Positions 32,689-43,378 of a stretch of DNA of 64,000 bases are shown here, piece by piece. Every line of letters starts with the position of its first letter. The first letter of the stretch is position 1. The stretch spans positions 2,432,001 to 2,496,000 of the forward strand of contig CAWHIJ010000003.1 of the NCBI GenBank assembly GCA_963829525.1, in the 5' to 3' direction. Position numbers and translations under genes: made by a program. The DNA is from an uncultured Actinomycetota bacterium (GTDB lineage: Bacteria; Actinomycetota; Actinomycetes; JAHEKZ01). The notes under the pieces are model-generated. The model worked only from the letters and a program-made list of their open reading frames with translations. It ran no database searches and was not told the origin of the DNA.

Positions 32689-34062
32689 CTAGAAGCGGCC
32701 GGAGACCTTGTCAGCCACCTTTGCCAGAGGCGAGGTACTGGCCCGGCCACCGTGCTCCTGCTTGTCTGCCGCGCGGTAGGTGGCGTACATCGCCTGCACA
32801 CCGAGCCACCGGAAAGGTTCCGGCTCCCATCTGCGCACCTTCCTGCCGACCCACGGTAGAGCAGTCAACTCGGTCTGCTGTCCGAGAACGAGGTCGCGCA
32901 GGGTGCGCCCAGCCAAGTTGGTCGTGGCCACACCGTGTCCGACATAGCCACCTGCCCAGCCAAGACCGGTGTCGCGGTCAAGGCCCACTGTCGAGCACCA
33001 GTCGCGCGGGACGCCTAGGACCCCTGACCAAGCATGTGCAACTGGTACGTCGGCAGTCGCCGGGAAGAGCCGAACCAAGATCTCACGTAGCGCGTCGATC
33101 GTCTGCGGTTGCGTCGTTCCATCGTTGTCGGTCTGCGACCCGTAGCGATACGGGACGCCGCGTCCGCCGATCGCAATGCGTCCGTCGGCAGTCCGCTGTA
33201 CGTAGCAATAGGCGTGCGCGAGGTCGCCAAGCGTCTCCATGCCCGCCCATCCGATCTGCTCCCATGCCGCCTCGGGCAGCGGATCGGTGACGATCATCGA
33301 CGAGTTCATCGGCAACCAGGAGCGTCTGAGTCCCTTGATCCCAGCCGTGAAGCCCTCGGTCGCGCGGAGGACGAAGTCAGCAGCCACATCACCGTGATCG
33401 GTGATGACGCGGTGCGGCTCGATCGCGGTGACGGTGGTCTGCTCGGCGATGGTTACACCCATCCGCTCCACGACGTCGGAGAGGCCGCGCACGAGCTTCG
33501 CGGGTTGGATCCGCGCGCCGTGCGGGCTGAATGCACCGCCCAGGGTGTTGGCGACGTTGACGCGCCCAGTCGATTCCTCAGCGCTGATCAGCACGTGGTC
33601 GGTCTCGCCCCACGCGTGCTCCTCGTCGACGAAGGCCTGAAGACGTTGAAGCTGCGCTGGGGTGTACGCGACCTCCAGGGTGCCCCCCTTGACGATGTCG
33701 GCCTCGATTCCCTCCCGCTGGGTCACCGCGATGACCTCATCGACCGTGGCGTTCATCGCATGCTGCAGCTCGATGACTGCCTGCCGCCCATGCGTGGACG
33801 CATATCGACGTCGCGATCCGGCTATCCCACCGAAGAGCCAGCCACCGTTACGGCCGCTCGCCCCGTAGCCGGCAAACCTCTGCTCGACCACCAGCACGCG
33901 AAGCGAGGGGTCAGCCTGCTTCAAGTAGAAGGCAGCCCAGAGGCCGGTGAATCCGCCTCCCACGATGCACACATCGACCGATGTGGGCCCTTCGAGGGGC
34001 GGTCTCGCCGTCGGGAGGCCGATTTCGTCATACCAAAAGGACACACTTCCATTCAGAGTCAC
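32689..34062 (-). CDS. FAD-dependent oxidoreductase (DadA/PuuB-like)
   Basis: IVGGGFTGLWAA, GASGRNGG, IQPAKLVRGL, AGGYVGHGVATTNLAG. Confidence 0.9.
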   Translation of the reverse strand: MTLNGSVSFWYDEIGLPTARPPLEGPTSVDVCIVGGGFTGLWAAFYLKQADPSLRVLVVEQRFAGYGASGRNGGWLFGGIAGSRRRYASTHGRQAVIELQHAMNATVDEVIAVTQREGIEADIVKGGTLEVAYTPAQLQRLQAFVDEEHAWGETDHVLISAEESTGRVNVANTLGGAFSPHGARIQPAKLVRGLSDVVERMGVTIAEQTTVTAIEPHRVITDHGDVAADFVLRATEGFTAGIKGLRRSWLPMNSSMIVTDPLPEAAWEQIGWAGMETLGDLAHAYCYVQRTADGRIAIGGRGVPYRYGSQTDNDGTTQPQTIDALREILVRLFPATADVPVAHAWSGVLGVPRDWCSTVGLDRDTGLGWAGGYVGHGVATTNLAGRTLRDLVLGQQTELTALPWVGRKVRRWEPEPFRWLGVQAMYATYRAADKQEHGGRASTSPLAKVADKVSGRF

Positions 34063-34120
34063 GCACTGATTGTCCCTGTTCAGGCATGATCGGCTCACAC
34101 CGGCCCGCCCGAGGAGTCAC

Positions 34121-35284
34121 ATGCCCAGCCCCGACCTCACGCCTGCCACTCACGAGTCAGACCTTGTCCAGGAAACGCCATGGTCGATCCCCCGCGGACT
34201 GATCTTGCTGCTCGGCGGGGCGGGCGGATTTGTCGTGATGTTCGGGCTCCAGGCCTTCAAAGGGATTGTCGGGCCGACGTTCCTGGCCTTGATGCTGGTC
34301 GTCACCGTGATCCCCATACAGCAGTGGATGTTGCGCAAAGGTTGGCCGAAGTGGTTGGCGATCACCACTGTCGTCATGGGGGCGTACGGCATCCTGCTCG
34401 TTCTCGGGCTCATCCTGCTCTACGCGGCGGCGAGGTTTGCGACTCTCGTGGGCAGCTACGCCCCAAGCACGTCCCAGGTCAACAAGGACGTGGCCAACCT
34501 GCTTGACAGTCTGGGAATTGGGCAGAAACAGATCGACGCGGCAACCTCCTCGATCTCACCTGACAACGTGGCTTCAGTGGTGACTGACGTCCTGTCGAGC
34601 CTCAGCAATGTCGCCGGTTCCCTCTTCTTCGTCTTGGCCGTGATCATCTTCCTCGGCCTCGACAGTGTCGGTTTCATCGATCGCCTGCGCTACACCCAGA
34701 AGACACGGCCGGATATCGCTGGCGCGCTGAGCAGCTTCACCAGCGGCACCCGCACCTACCTCACGGTCGCGACGGTCTTCGGCGGGATCGTTGCAGTTGT
34801 CGACACGATCGCGTTGTGGATCATGGGTATTCCAGCCCCGGTCCTTTGGGGCTTCGTCGCCTTCGTAACGAACTACATCCCCAATATCGGCTTTGTGATC
34901 GGAGTGATCCCGCCGGCGATTCTCGGATTGCTGGTGGGCGGTTGGCAACTGATGGTGCTGGTGATCGTCGTCTACAGCGTCATCAACTTCGTCATCCAGT
35001 CGATCATCCAGCCCAAGTTCGTCGGTGACTCGGTCAACTTGGCGACCACGGTCACCTTCCTCTCGATGGCGATCTGGACGTGGACGATCGGGCCACTCGG
35101 AGCCTTGCTGGCGGTGCCGTTGACCCTGCTGACCAAAGCCATCTTGATCGACCTCGATCCCAGCACCCGATGGATCGGGACCCTGCTCGGGTCGACCACG
35201 CCGACAGACAAACGGGAACCCCGCGACGCGGTCGCAGCCGGAGACCGCGACGGCGAGCCGTTGGCTGCTGAGCCGGACGGCTAG
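34121..35284 (+). CDS. AI-2E family transporter
   Basis: Multiple TM segments; NYIPNIG, IIQPKFVG, GALLAVPL; GAGGAG RBS. Confidence 0.92.
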   Translation: MPSPDLTPATHESDLVQETPWSIPRGLILLLGGAGGFVVMFGLQAFKGIVGPTFLALMLVVTVIPIQQWMLRKGWPKWLAITTVVMGAYGILLVLGLILLYAAARFATLVGSYAPSTSQVNKDVANLLDSLGIGQKQIDAATSSISPDNVASVVTDVLSSLSNVAGSLFFVLAVIIFLGLDSVGFIDRLRYTQKTRPDIAGALSSFTSGTRTYLTVATVFGGIVAVVDTIALWIMGIPAPVLWGFVAFVTNYIPNIGFVIGVIPPAILGLLVGGWQLMVLVIVVYSVINFVIQSIIQPKFVGDSVNLATTVTFLSMAIWTWTIGPLGALLAVPLTLLTKAILIDLDPSTRWIGTLLGSTTPTDKREPRDAVAAGDRDGEPLAAEPDG

Positions 35285-35299
35285 CGGCCGACCCTGCAG

Positions 35300-37531
35300 C
35301 TAGGAAGGTGCCGCCAACCCGTCCGGCAACTCGCCGAAGTGCGCCAGCACGAGGCGCTGGGTCGGACGGGTCAGTGCAACGAAGAGAGCGCGGTGCCCGT
35401 GGTGGCCCTCGGCAGCCATGGCCCTTGGGTCAACGACCACGACCACGTCGAACTCCAGGCCTTTTGCCTGCTCCCCTGAGAGCAGGACCACACGCGCGCG
35501 CAATTCATCCTCAGACGACGAGAGCCATGGGGCCAGCACAGCACCGAGCTCGGACAGTTCCGACCTTGGCGCGATCACCGCCATGCGCCCGCCACCAAGT
35601 CGGTCCTCCTGTTCGCTGACAATGGCGGCGACCGACGCCAACGCATCGATCCGAACAACCACTGGTGCTGCGCCCTCGCGGACAGAGGTCGGCGCTGTTG
35701 TGGGGAACCCGGCAGCCGAGAGCATCGCACCGGCACGCTCCATCACCAGCGCAGGGGTCCGGTAGTTGATCGTCAGGTCGTAGCGCGTCCAGGCGCTCCC
35801 CACGTGGGGGTCCAACGCCTCCTTCCATGATGCCGAAACCGCTGGCCCCGTTGCCTGCGCCATGTCGCCGACGATGGTGAACGACTTTGTCGGGCAGCGA
35901 CGAAGGAGAAGTCGCCACATCATCGGGCTCAGCTCCTGAGCCTCGTCGACGATGATGTGGCCGTAGGTCCACGTTCGGTCGACGAATGCTCGCTCGGCGA
36001 CCGTGAAGAGCTGCTCTGACTCGGTGAACCTCGACGCCAGCGACTCGGCAGAAACCATCTGCCCAGCCTCCCCACCGAATGACTCGAGCACCTCTCGCGC
36101 GTGGCGCAGATCATCGACAGCCACCCGCCGCTCGCGGTGCGTCTCGGCGATGGCGTCCTCGTCGTCGGCGCCAATCAGTTCGGCCACCTCGTCAAGGAGC
36201 GCCACATCTGCGGTCGACCATCCCTCGCTCCGGCTGCGCAGCAAGAGCGCCCTGTCGTCGTTGCTCCATCCGGGAGTTGCGGCGAACAGCCGCTCTGGGC
36301 TGGCAAACAGATCTGACAGCACCTGCTCGGCAGCGAGCGGCGGCCAGGCGAGGTTGAGCTCGCGGCGCACGTCGCGTGAGTCCCGGAGCAGTGACTCGAT
36401 GTCTGCGCGGTCGACGGCGTCTGGCGCGTGGCCTGTGGCGGTGGCGTGGAGGTCAACGAGGTGTTGAAGCATGGTGCGAACGAAGACAGCCCTCGCTGCG
36501 TTATGCGGCCGCCCGTTGCGCCGCGCCGACTCAGCAGCCGATCGCATCACCCTGGGGCGAAGTGCGATCGTCACACTCTCGACGCACATCTGGCGCTCCT
36601 GGGCAGGGATGCGCACCCGCTGCCGAACGGCCGCGACGAGGACATCCACCATGCGCTGCGATCCCTTGAGGGCCGCGGCATCCTCGGTGTCCTCGCTGGT
36701 GACGGTGACACCGGGAAAGAGCTCAGCGGTGGTTGCGGTCACTACACCCGTCTCGCCGAGGGACGGCAGCACCTGCGAGATGTAGCGCAGGAAGACAGGG
36801 CTTGGCCCGACCAGCAGAACCCCGCGGGACTCGAGGCGGTCGCGGTGGGTGTAGAGCAGGTAGGCGGCGCGGTGTAGCGCGACCGCCGTCTTGCCGGTGC
36901 CTGGCCCGCCCTGCACGACCAGCATTCCCGACAACGGCGCGCGAACGATCTCGTCCTGCTCACTCTGGATCGTGGCGACAATGTCGCCCATACGTCCGGT
37001 GCGGTTCGCGTTGAGCGCTGCCAGCAAAGCGCCGTCAGTGGTGAGGCTGGTGGTCTCGGAGGTGTGCGTCACAAGGTCAGGGCGCGCCTCGAAGGTGTCG
37101 AGATCGAGGACGTCGTCATAGATCGCAGCCACCGACCTGCTCTGGGTCTCCAGGTGGCGTCGGCGCACGACCTCCCCCGGCCGCAGCGATGTGGCTTGGT
37201 AGAAGTCGCGAGACGCCGGTGCCCGCCAGTCGACCAGAAGCTGCGACTGGTCGTCATCGAAGAGTCCTAGCCGGCCGATGTATCTGACGCCACCATCGGA
37301 CATGTCCAGCCGGCCGAAACAGAGCCGCTCCTCAACACCTGACAGCTGGACCAACCGATCCTCGTACAAGGTGGCGAACGCGTCGCGCTCCGACCTGGCC
37401 TGGGGCGTCCCGCTGGCGCCGGCCCGGCGAACAGCCCGCAGCTCTGCGTCGGTACGTTCCCGCAGCCAGTCCAGCCTGCCGTAGAGGATGTCGACGTACG
37501 CCTGCTCGGCGTCGACCTCGCTGCTGGTCAC
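35300..37531 (-). CDS. HelD-family RNA-polymerase-associated SF1 helicase-like ATPase
   Basis: LCFGRLD, YIGRLG, LVDWRAP, DIVATIQ.EQD, QGGPGTGKTAVALHRAAYLLY, IVDEAQE, AKGLEFD. Confidence 0.93.
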   Translation of the reverse strand: MTSSEVDAEQAYVDILYGRLDWLRERTDAELRAVRRAGASGTPQARSERDAFATLYEDRLVQLSGVEERLCFGRLDMSDGGVRYIGRLGLFDDDQSQLLVDWRAPASRDFYQATSLRPGEVVRRRHLETQSRSVAAIYDDVLDLDTFEARPDLVTHTSETTSLTTDGALLAALNANRTGRMGDIVATIQSEQDEIVRAPLSGMLVVQGGPGTGKTAVALHRAAYLLYTHRDRLESRGVLLVGPSPVFLRYISQVLPSLGETGVVTATTAELFPGVTVTSEDTEDAAALKGSQRMVDVLVAAVRQRVRIPAQERQMCVESVTIALRPRVMRSAAESARRNGRPHNAARAVFVRTMLQHLVDLHATATGHAPDAVDRADIESLLRDSRDVRRELNLAWPPLAAEQVLSDLFASPERLFAATPGWSNDDRALLLRSRSEGWSTADVALLDEVAELIGADDEDAIAETHRERRVAVDDLRHAREVLESFGGEAGQMVSAESLASRFTESEQLFTVAERAFVDRTWTYGHIIVDEAQELSPMMWRLLLRRCPTKSFTIVGDMAQATGPAVSASWKEALDPHVGSAWTRYDLTINYRTPALVMERAGAMLSAAGFPTTAPTSVREGAAPVVVRIDALASVAAIVSEQEDRLGGGRMAVIAPRSELSELGAVLAPWLSSSEDELRARVVLLSGEQAKGLEFDVVVVVDPRAMAAEGHHGHRALFVALTRPTQRLVLAHFGELPDGLAAPS

Positions 37532-37692
37532 AGGCCGTCCTGGGTCTGGTCGTGAAGATATCGGCGCGCGTAAGAGCCGACTCGCGGGCTACCCCGCGAA
37601 AGGGGGTCGCCCAGCCTATCGGGCACCCCCAAAGCCGCTCGAGTGCACATCTGATTGACGCCAGACCCCGCCGAGTGCGGAGCTGGTTGACG

Positions 37693-38613
37693 CTAAAGCC
37701 GGTACCGCACCCCGGTCGCGTCCTCGGAGTAGTCCCACAGCCTGTCCATTGCGGCGTCGAGTCGGAACCGGCGCAGGATCGGCTTCCGTACGGGCGGTCC
37801 GAAGTTCACCCACGCAGGGCAGTAGAAGTCTCCGCCCCTCGCCTGCGGATCGGTAGACGCCCTGAGCTGCGGTAGTGCCCCGTCCGCAGGAGACATACCG
37901 GTTGTGCGTGACATCCACTTCCAGAAGCGCTGCGTGGACGCCCCGCCGGACTCGGTCACGCTGACCACCTGCAGCTCGGTACGAGAGAGCCCAGGGTGTG
38001 CGAGCAGGCTCGAGGCGTAGACCCTGGCCTCGGAGAACCGGCGATGCAGCCCCAGGCCGAAGTGGAAGTTCGCCAGCTTGGACTGTCCGTAGGCACCAAA
38101 GGGGGTGTACTTGCCCTCGAGGTTTGCGTTGAAGGGGTCGATGCGTCGTGCGTAGTGATGTGCCGTGCTGGTCACCGTCACGACCCGCGCGGTTGGCGCG
38201 TGGAGCAATGCGGGCAGCAGGAGTCCAGTCAATGCAAAGTGACCGAGGTGGTTCACGGCCAACTGCGTCTCGAACCCGTCCTCGGTGCGTCCTTCAGGGA
38301 TGCCCATGACGCCTGCGTTGTTCACCAGCAGGTCGATCCGGTCGTGTGCACCGAGGATCTGCTCGGACGCCGCATGCACCGAGGCCTGCGACGCGAGGTC
38401 CAGTGGCACCACCGACAGGGACGCCTCCGGCACCCCGGCACGGATGCGCGACACCGCTGCCTCCGTCTTACCCGGACTGCGCGTGGCGAGGATCACGTGC
38501 GCCCCGGCAGCCGCCAAGGCCTCAGCCGTCTCCAGGCCCAAGCCGCCGTTGGCTCCGGTGACGACAGCCACCCGGCCGACCTGGTCGGGAATGTCGGCAC
38601 AGGTCCAGGTCAC
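37693..38613 (-). CDS. Short-chain dehydrogenase (retinol-DH/protochlorophyllide-reductase-like)
   Basis: VTGANGGLG, NNAGVM, NHLGHFALT, YGQSK; GTG start overlapping the EamA stop. Confidence 0.93.
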   Translation of the reverse strand: MTWTCADIPDQVGRVAVVTGANGGLGLETAEALAAAGAHVILATRSPGKTEAAVSRIRAGVPEASLSVVPLDLASQASVHAASEQILGAHDRIDLLVNNAGVMGIPEGRTEDGFETQLAVNHLGHFALTGLLLPALLHAPTARVVTVTSTAHHYARRIDPFNANLEGKYTPFGAYGQSKLANFHFGLGLHRRFSEARVYASSLLAHPGLSRTELQVVSVTESGGASTQRFWKWMSRTTGMSPADGALPQLRASTDPQARGGDFYCPAWVNFGPPVRKPILRRFRLDAAMDRLWDYSEDATGVRYRL

Positions 38614-39476
38614 AGCGGCTCTTTCGGAAGAGTGGCGTCCTTGTTCGCGAGCGTGACACCAGCGCTCGCTGTCGTCACCATCCCAAGAGCGACGAGTTCT
38701 TGCACTCCGAGCCGCTGATCGAGGATGACCAGGCCCGATATCGATGCAGCCGCCGGTTGCAGGCTCATCAAGACCCCAAAGACCCGCGTCGGGATCCGCC
38801 GCAGGGCCGTCAACTCGAGCCCGTAAGGGATGATCGTCGACATCAATGCCACGACCGTCACCCCGACAAGCAGCGAGGGGCTGTCGACCACGGCAGTGGC
38901 CTGCGCCGCGCCAAACGGTAAGACGAGGACGGCGGCGAACACCAAGGCGACCGCCAGGCCATCGACTCCAGGCAGCACGCGACCGACTCGAGCGCTGGAC
39001 ACGATGTAGCCAGCCCAGAAGAGTCCAGCGGTGAAGGCGAGCAGCAGCCCGACGCCGTTGATGTCGCCACCGGCCGCCTTCGCTCCCAAGATGGCGACCC
39101 CTCCCCCTGCGAGCACCACCCAGGAGAAGTCGATTGGCCTTCGCGTCTGAACTAGTGCAAGCAGCAGCGGACCCAGGAACTCGACGGTCACCGCAACGCC
39201 AAGAGGGACGAGGTCCAGCGATGAGTAGAAGACCAGGTTCATACCGGCGAGGGCGAAACCAAGCAGAGCTGCAGCTCCCCACTGTTGCCGGGTCCACGAC
39301 CGCACCGAGGGTCGGAGGATCGCCAGCAACACGACCGCTGCGATGACCAGCCGCAGCAGGGCCGTCCCCGCCACACCGAGGTCGTCGAAAAGGGTTCGCG
39401 CAATCGCAGCACCGGTCTGCACACAGGCGATCGCCGTGACGACCAACAGTGGCGCGGGTACACGTTCGCGGCTCAC
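38610..39476 (-). CDS. EamA/RhtA-family DMT transporter
   Basis: QTGAAIA, MNLVFY, PLGVAVTVEFLGPL, IPYGLEL.ALRRIP..VFGVLMSLQPA; start approximate. Confidence 0.9.
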   Translation of the reverse strand: MSRERVPAPLLVVTAIACVQTGAAIARTLFDDLGVAGTALLRLVIAAVVLLAILRPSVRSWTRQQWGAAALLGFALAGMNLVFYSSLDLVPLGVAVTVEFLGPLLLALVQTRRPIDFSWVVLAGGGVAILGAKAAGGDINGVGLLLAFTAGLFWAGYIVSSARVGRVLPGVDGLAVALVFAAVLVLPFGAAQATAVVDSPSLLVGVTVVALMSTIIPYGLELTALRRIPTRVFGVLMSLQPAAASISGLVILDQRLGVQELVALGMVTTASAGVTLANKDATLPKEPL

Positions 39477-39596
39477 CTTGCGCAGCCTGACACATGCCCG
39501 TGGGACATGGTGTTTCAGATGCGGTCCTGAGCGCCGGGCCAGGCCCGCCATCTGGTGGGATACGGGGGTCACACCCCGACGTTCCTGGAGCCATCC

Positions 39597-40899
39597 GTGA
39601 GCACAACCCCCACCTCAGCCGTTGTGGTCGGCGCCGGAATCATCGGTTGCTCGATCGCGCTCGAGCTGTCCCGTCGCGGCTGGGAGGTCACCGTCGTCGA
39701 CAAGGGCTCGACGCCAGGTTGCGGCTCGACCAGCGCGTCCTCGGCGATGGTCCGGTTCAACTACGACAACCTGCAGGAGGCCGTGCTCGCCTGGGAGTCG
39801 TACGCCCGTTGGGTCGAGTGGGGCAAGCACCTCGGTGTCGAAGACCCAGCCGGCTTGGCCACGTACGTGCGCACCGGGCTGCTGGTGCTCGACGGCGAAC
39901 TGCTCGATCGATCGCTCGAGCTTGGACACATGGACACCCTCGGGATTCCGTATGAGTCGGTGACCGCAGACCAAGATTCGCGAGCGGCACCCCGCCCTCG
40001 ACCCTGCCCGCATCGGCCCCGCATGTCGCGTGGAGGACGAGCACTTCTGGGACGACCCCACTGGTGAGATCGGCGGCTTCGTCCAGCACGACTCCGGCTT
40101 CGTCAACGACGCGACGCTTGCCGCCCACAACCTTGCTTACGCTGCCGAGCAGTCCGGGTCCACCTTCCGTTGGCGCTCACAGGTCGTCGAGGTGCTCCGT
40201 GACAGCGACCGCGTCACAGGCGTCCGGCTCGCCGATGGCACCGACGTCACCGCATCGGTCGTCGTGAACGCTGCTGGCCCGTGGTCGGTGGCCCTCAACA
40301 CCATGGCCGGAGTGCTGGGCGACTTCAGCACGTCGACCCGGGCGACCGAGCAGGAGGTCATCTCGGTCCCTGCGCCTGCCGGCTTCACCCTCGACGCCGG
40401 GGGCACCGGGGTCCACGACCCCGACTTCGGCACCTACTTCAGGCCGCACCCCGGTGGCACGATCATCGTCGGCAGCTTCGAGGCGCCGTGTGACCCGCTG
40501 ATTCTGGTCGACGATGCCGATGACGTCCGCGCGTCGCCGTCCCCGGAGAACTGGGAGGTGCAGAGCCTGCGACTGGCGCGTCGGCTGCCAGACCTGCAGG
40601 TGCCGGGCCAGAAGTCAGGCGTTGTAAGCGCCTACGACATCACCGACGACTGGATCCCGATCTACGACCAGACCTCGCTCGGCGGGTACTACGTCGCCAT
40701 CGGCACCAGTGGCCACCAGTTCAAGGCGGCCCCTTTCGTGGGTGTTGCCATGGCCGAACTGATCGGCGCCGTCGAGGGGGGACACGACCACGACAGCGAC
40801 CCGCTCGTCGTCAAGGGCGAGTACACAGGCGTGGACCTCGAGCTCGGCTTCTTCTCTCGCAAGCGCGCGGTGCACATTCACCGCCAGCTGGCCCAGTAA
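39597..40899 (+). CDS. Sarcosine-oxidase/DAO-like FAD oxidoreductase; frameshift near 39973
   Basis: VVGAGIIG, GSTSASSA, VVNAAGPWS, YDITDDWIPIYD, GTSGHQFK; two ORF pieces joined by a single-base shift. Confidence 0.87.
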
Positions 40900-40903
40900 G
40901 GGT

Positions 40904-43351
40904 GTGACAACGATGCAGGATCAGTACCGCGTCGTCGTCATCGGCGGCGGCATCGTCGGCTGCAGCATCCTCTACCACCTGACGCTACGCGGGATTACCG
41001 ACGTCGCGCTGATCGAACGCGGCGAGCTCACCGCCGGTTCCAGCTGGCATGCAGCCGGTGGCTTCCACGCCATCAACTCCGACCCGGTCATCGCTCGGCT
41101 GCAGGCCTACACGATCGGCATGTACCGCACCGTCGAGGAGGAGAGCGGTCAGAGCGCCGGGCTGCACCTCACCGGCGGGATCGAGCTGGCCGGCACGCCT
41201 GAGCGCGCGGAGTGGCTCAAGGCCGAGCTCGCCTGGCACCGCTACATGGGCAACGACGAGGCCTACCTGCTCTCGCCCGACGAGGCAGCCGAGATGGTGC
41301 CGATCATCGATCCCGTCGGCTTGACGGGAGCCCTCTTCGACCCGCACGAGGGCAACCTCGACCCGCACGGCTCGACCCACGCATATGCCAGGCGCTGCCC
41401 GGAGGCGTGGCGCCGAGGTGATCCAGCACAACCGCGTGCTGTCGATCACCCAGCAACCGAGTGGCGAGTGGCTGCTGGAGACCGAGAAAGGCCCCATCCG
41501 CGCTGAGCACGTCGTCAACGCCGGTGGACTGTGGGCGCGACAGGTCGGCCGGATGGTCGGTATCGAGCTACCGCTCATCCCGATGCAGCACCACTTCCTG
41601 GTCACCGAGGACGTGCCCGAGGTGGCCGCGCTCACCGGCGCCGATGCCAGCCGTCACCGACCTCGAGGGCTTCACCTACCTGCAGCGCGAGCAGAACGGG
41701 GTCCTGCTCGGCGTCTACGAGACGAATCCCAAGCACTGGCTCGCCGACGGTCCCGGCTGGGACTACGGCATGGAGCTGATACCCGAAGAGGTCGACCGCA
41801 TCGCACCAGAGCTCTCGATCGGCTTCGAGCGCTTCCCCGCTCTGCAGCGCGTCGGCATCAAGCGCTGGGTCAACGGTGGGATCACCTTCACTCCGGACGG
41901 CAACCCGCTCGTCGGGCCGGTACCCGGACGCCGCAACTTCTGGTCGGCGTGCGGGGTGATGGCCGGCTTCTCGCAGGGCGCCGGTATCGGACTGGCGCTC
42001 GCGAACTGGATCGTCGACGGCGACCCGGGCGACGACGTCTTCGGCATGGACATCACCCGGTTCGGCCCCTTCGCCACCGACGACTCGTACCTGCGAGCGA
42101 CGACGGCGCAGTTCTACGCCCGTCGGTTCCTCATCGCGTATCCGAACGAGGAGCTGCCGGCAGGGCGTCCGCTCAAGACGTCGCCGGTGTATCCCGACCT
42201 GATCGACGCGGGCGCGCGCTGCAGCGTCGTCTACGGTCTCGAGGTGGCGCAGTACTTCGCACCAAGCGCAGACTTCGAGGAGAACCTCACCTGGCACCGC
42301 TCCAACGCCCACGCGATTGTCGGCGAGGAGGTTGCGGCAACGCGCACGGCGGCCGGCCTGTACGAGACCACCGCGTACGCCCGCTACGAGGTAACCGGGT
42401 CGGGCGCTGCGGCTTGGCTTGACCACATCATGGCCTCCGCACTCCCCGCTGTGGGTCGCATCAAGCTCGCACCGATGCTCAACCATCGTGGTCATCTGAT
42501 GGGTGACCTGACGGTCAGCCGGCTCGGCGACGAGCGCTTCTGGGTGATCGGCTCCTACTACCTGCAGGAGTGGCACCAGCGCTGGTTCGCCGAGCACCTT
42601 CCGACCGACGGCAGCGTGCGGATCACCAACCTCTGTGATGACTGGTGCGGTTTTTCGCTCTCCGGCCCTGCATCACGCGAAATCCTGAAACAGCTTGTTG
42701 ACATCGACCTCAGCCATCCCGCTGTTCCGTTCTTGTCGATCCGCGAAGCGAAGGTCGCAGGTACCGACGCAGTGGTCGGACGAATCTCGCTGACCGGAGA
42801 ACTTGGCTACGAGGTCACTGTTCCTGCATCGCAGCAGCGCGCTCTTCTTGCCGCGCTTCGCGAGGTAGGTGAGCCACTCGGCATGCGGCTCATCGGTGAC
42901 CGCGCAATCGACAGCCTGCGTCTGGAGAAGGGCTACGGCATCTGGTCCGCCGAAGTTCACCCAGGCGTACACGCCGGCCATGTCCGGGCTCGACGCGTTC
43001 GTCGCCTTCGACAAGCCCGACTTCATCGGGCGAGACGCCGTTCTGGCCGCTCGCGATGTTGCGCCTGAGCGCCGCCTGGTCCTGCTCTCGATCGACGGCC
43101 AAGACGCTGACGCATCCGGAGACGAAGGTGTGTGGCTCGACGGCACGCTGGTCGGCTTCACAACTTCTGGCGCCTACGGGCACCACGTCGGCCAGAGCCT
43201 GGCGCTGGCCTACGTCGAGAGCGCCCTGGTCGACGCAGCCGCGTCTGGTACCGCATCCGAGGTGGTCGTCGACATCGTCGGTGAGCCCTGTCGGGCTCGC
43301 ATCCTCGTCGAACCGCCGTTCGACCCCACTGCATCGCGCCTGCGCTCCTAG
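40904..43351 (+). CDS. Dimethylglycine/sarcosine dehydrogenase-like FAD + GcvT fusion; frameshifts near 41390, 41640 and 42955
   Basis: IGGGIVG, LTAGSSWHAAG, VNAGGLWA, FTPDGNPLVG, RISLTGELGYE, SLRLEKGY, TSGAYGH, PFDP..RLRS. Confidence 0.88.
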
Positions 43352-43378
43352 GAGTCAGGGGCACGGTAGGAATGACCG

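Noticed and set aside
35300-37692. HelD gene as the rifamycin-resistance factor HelR
   Set aside because: No recognisable RAE palindrome upstream; it cannot be assigned beyond the HelD family without a phylogeny.
37693-39606. 637-aa ORF suggesting a large SDR fusion protein
   Set aside because: The N-terminal 330 aa is an off-frame read-through of the EamA gene; the SDR starts at GTG 38613.
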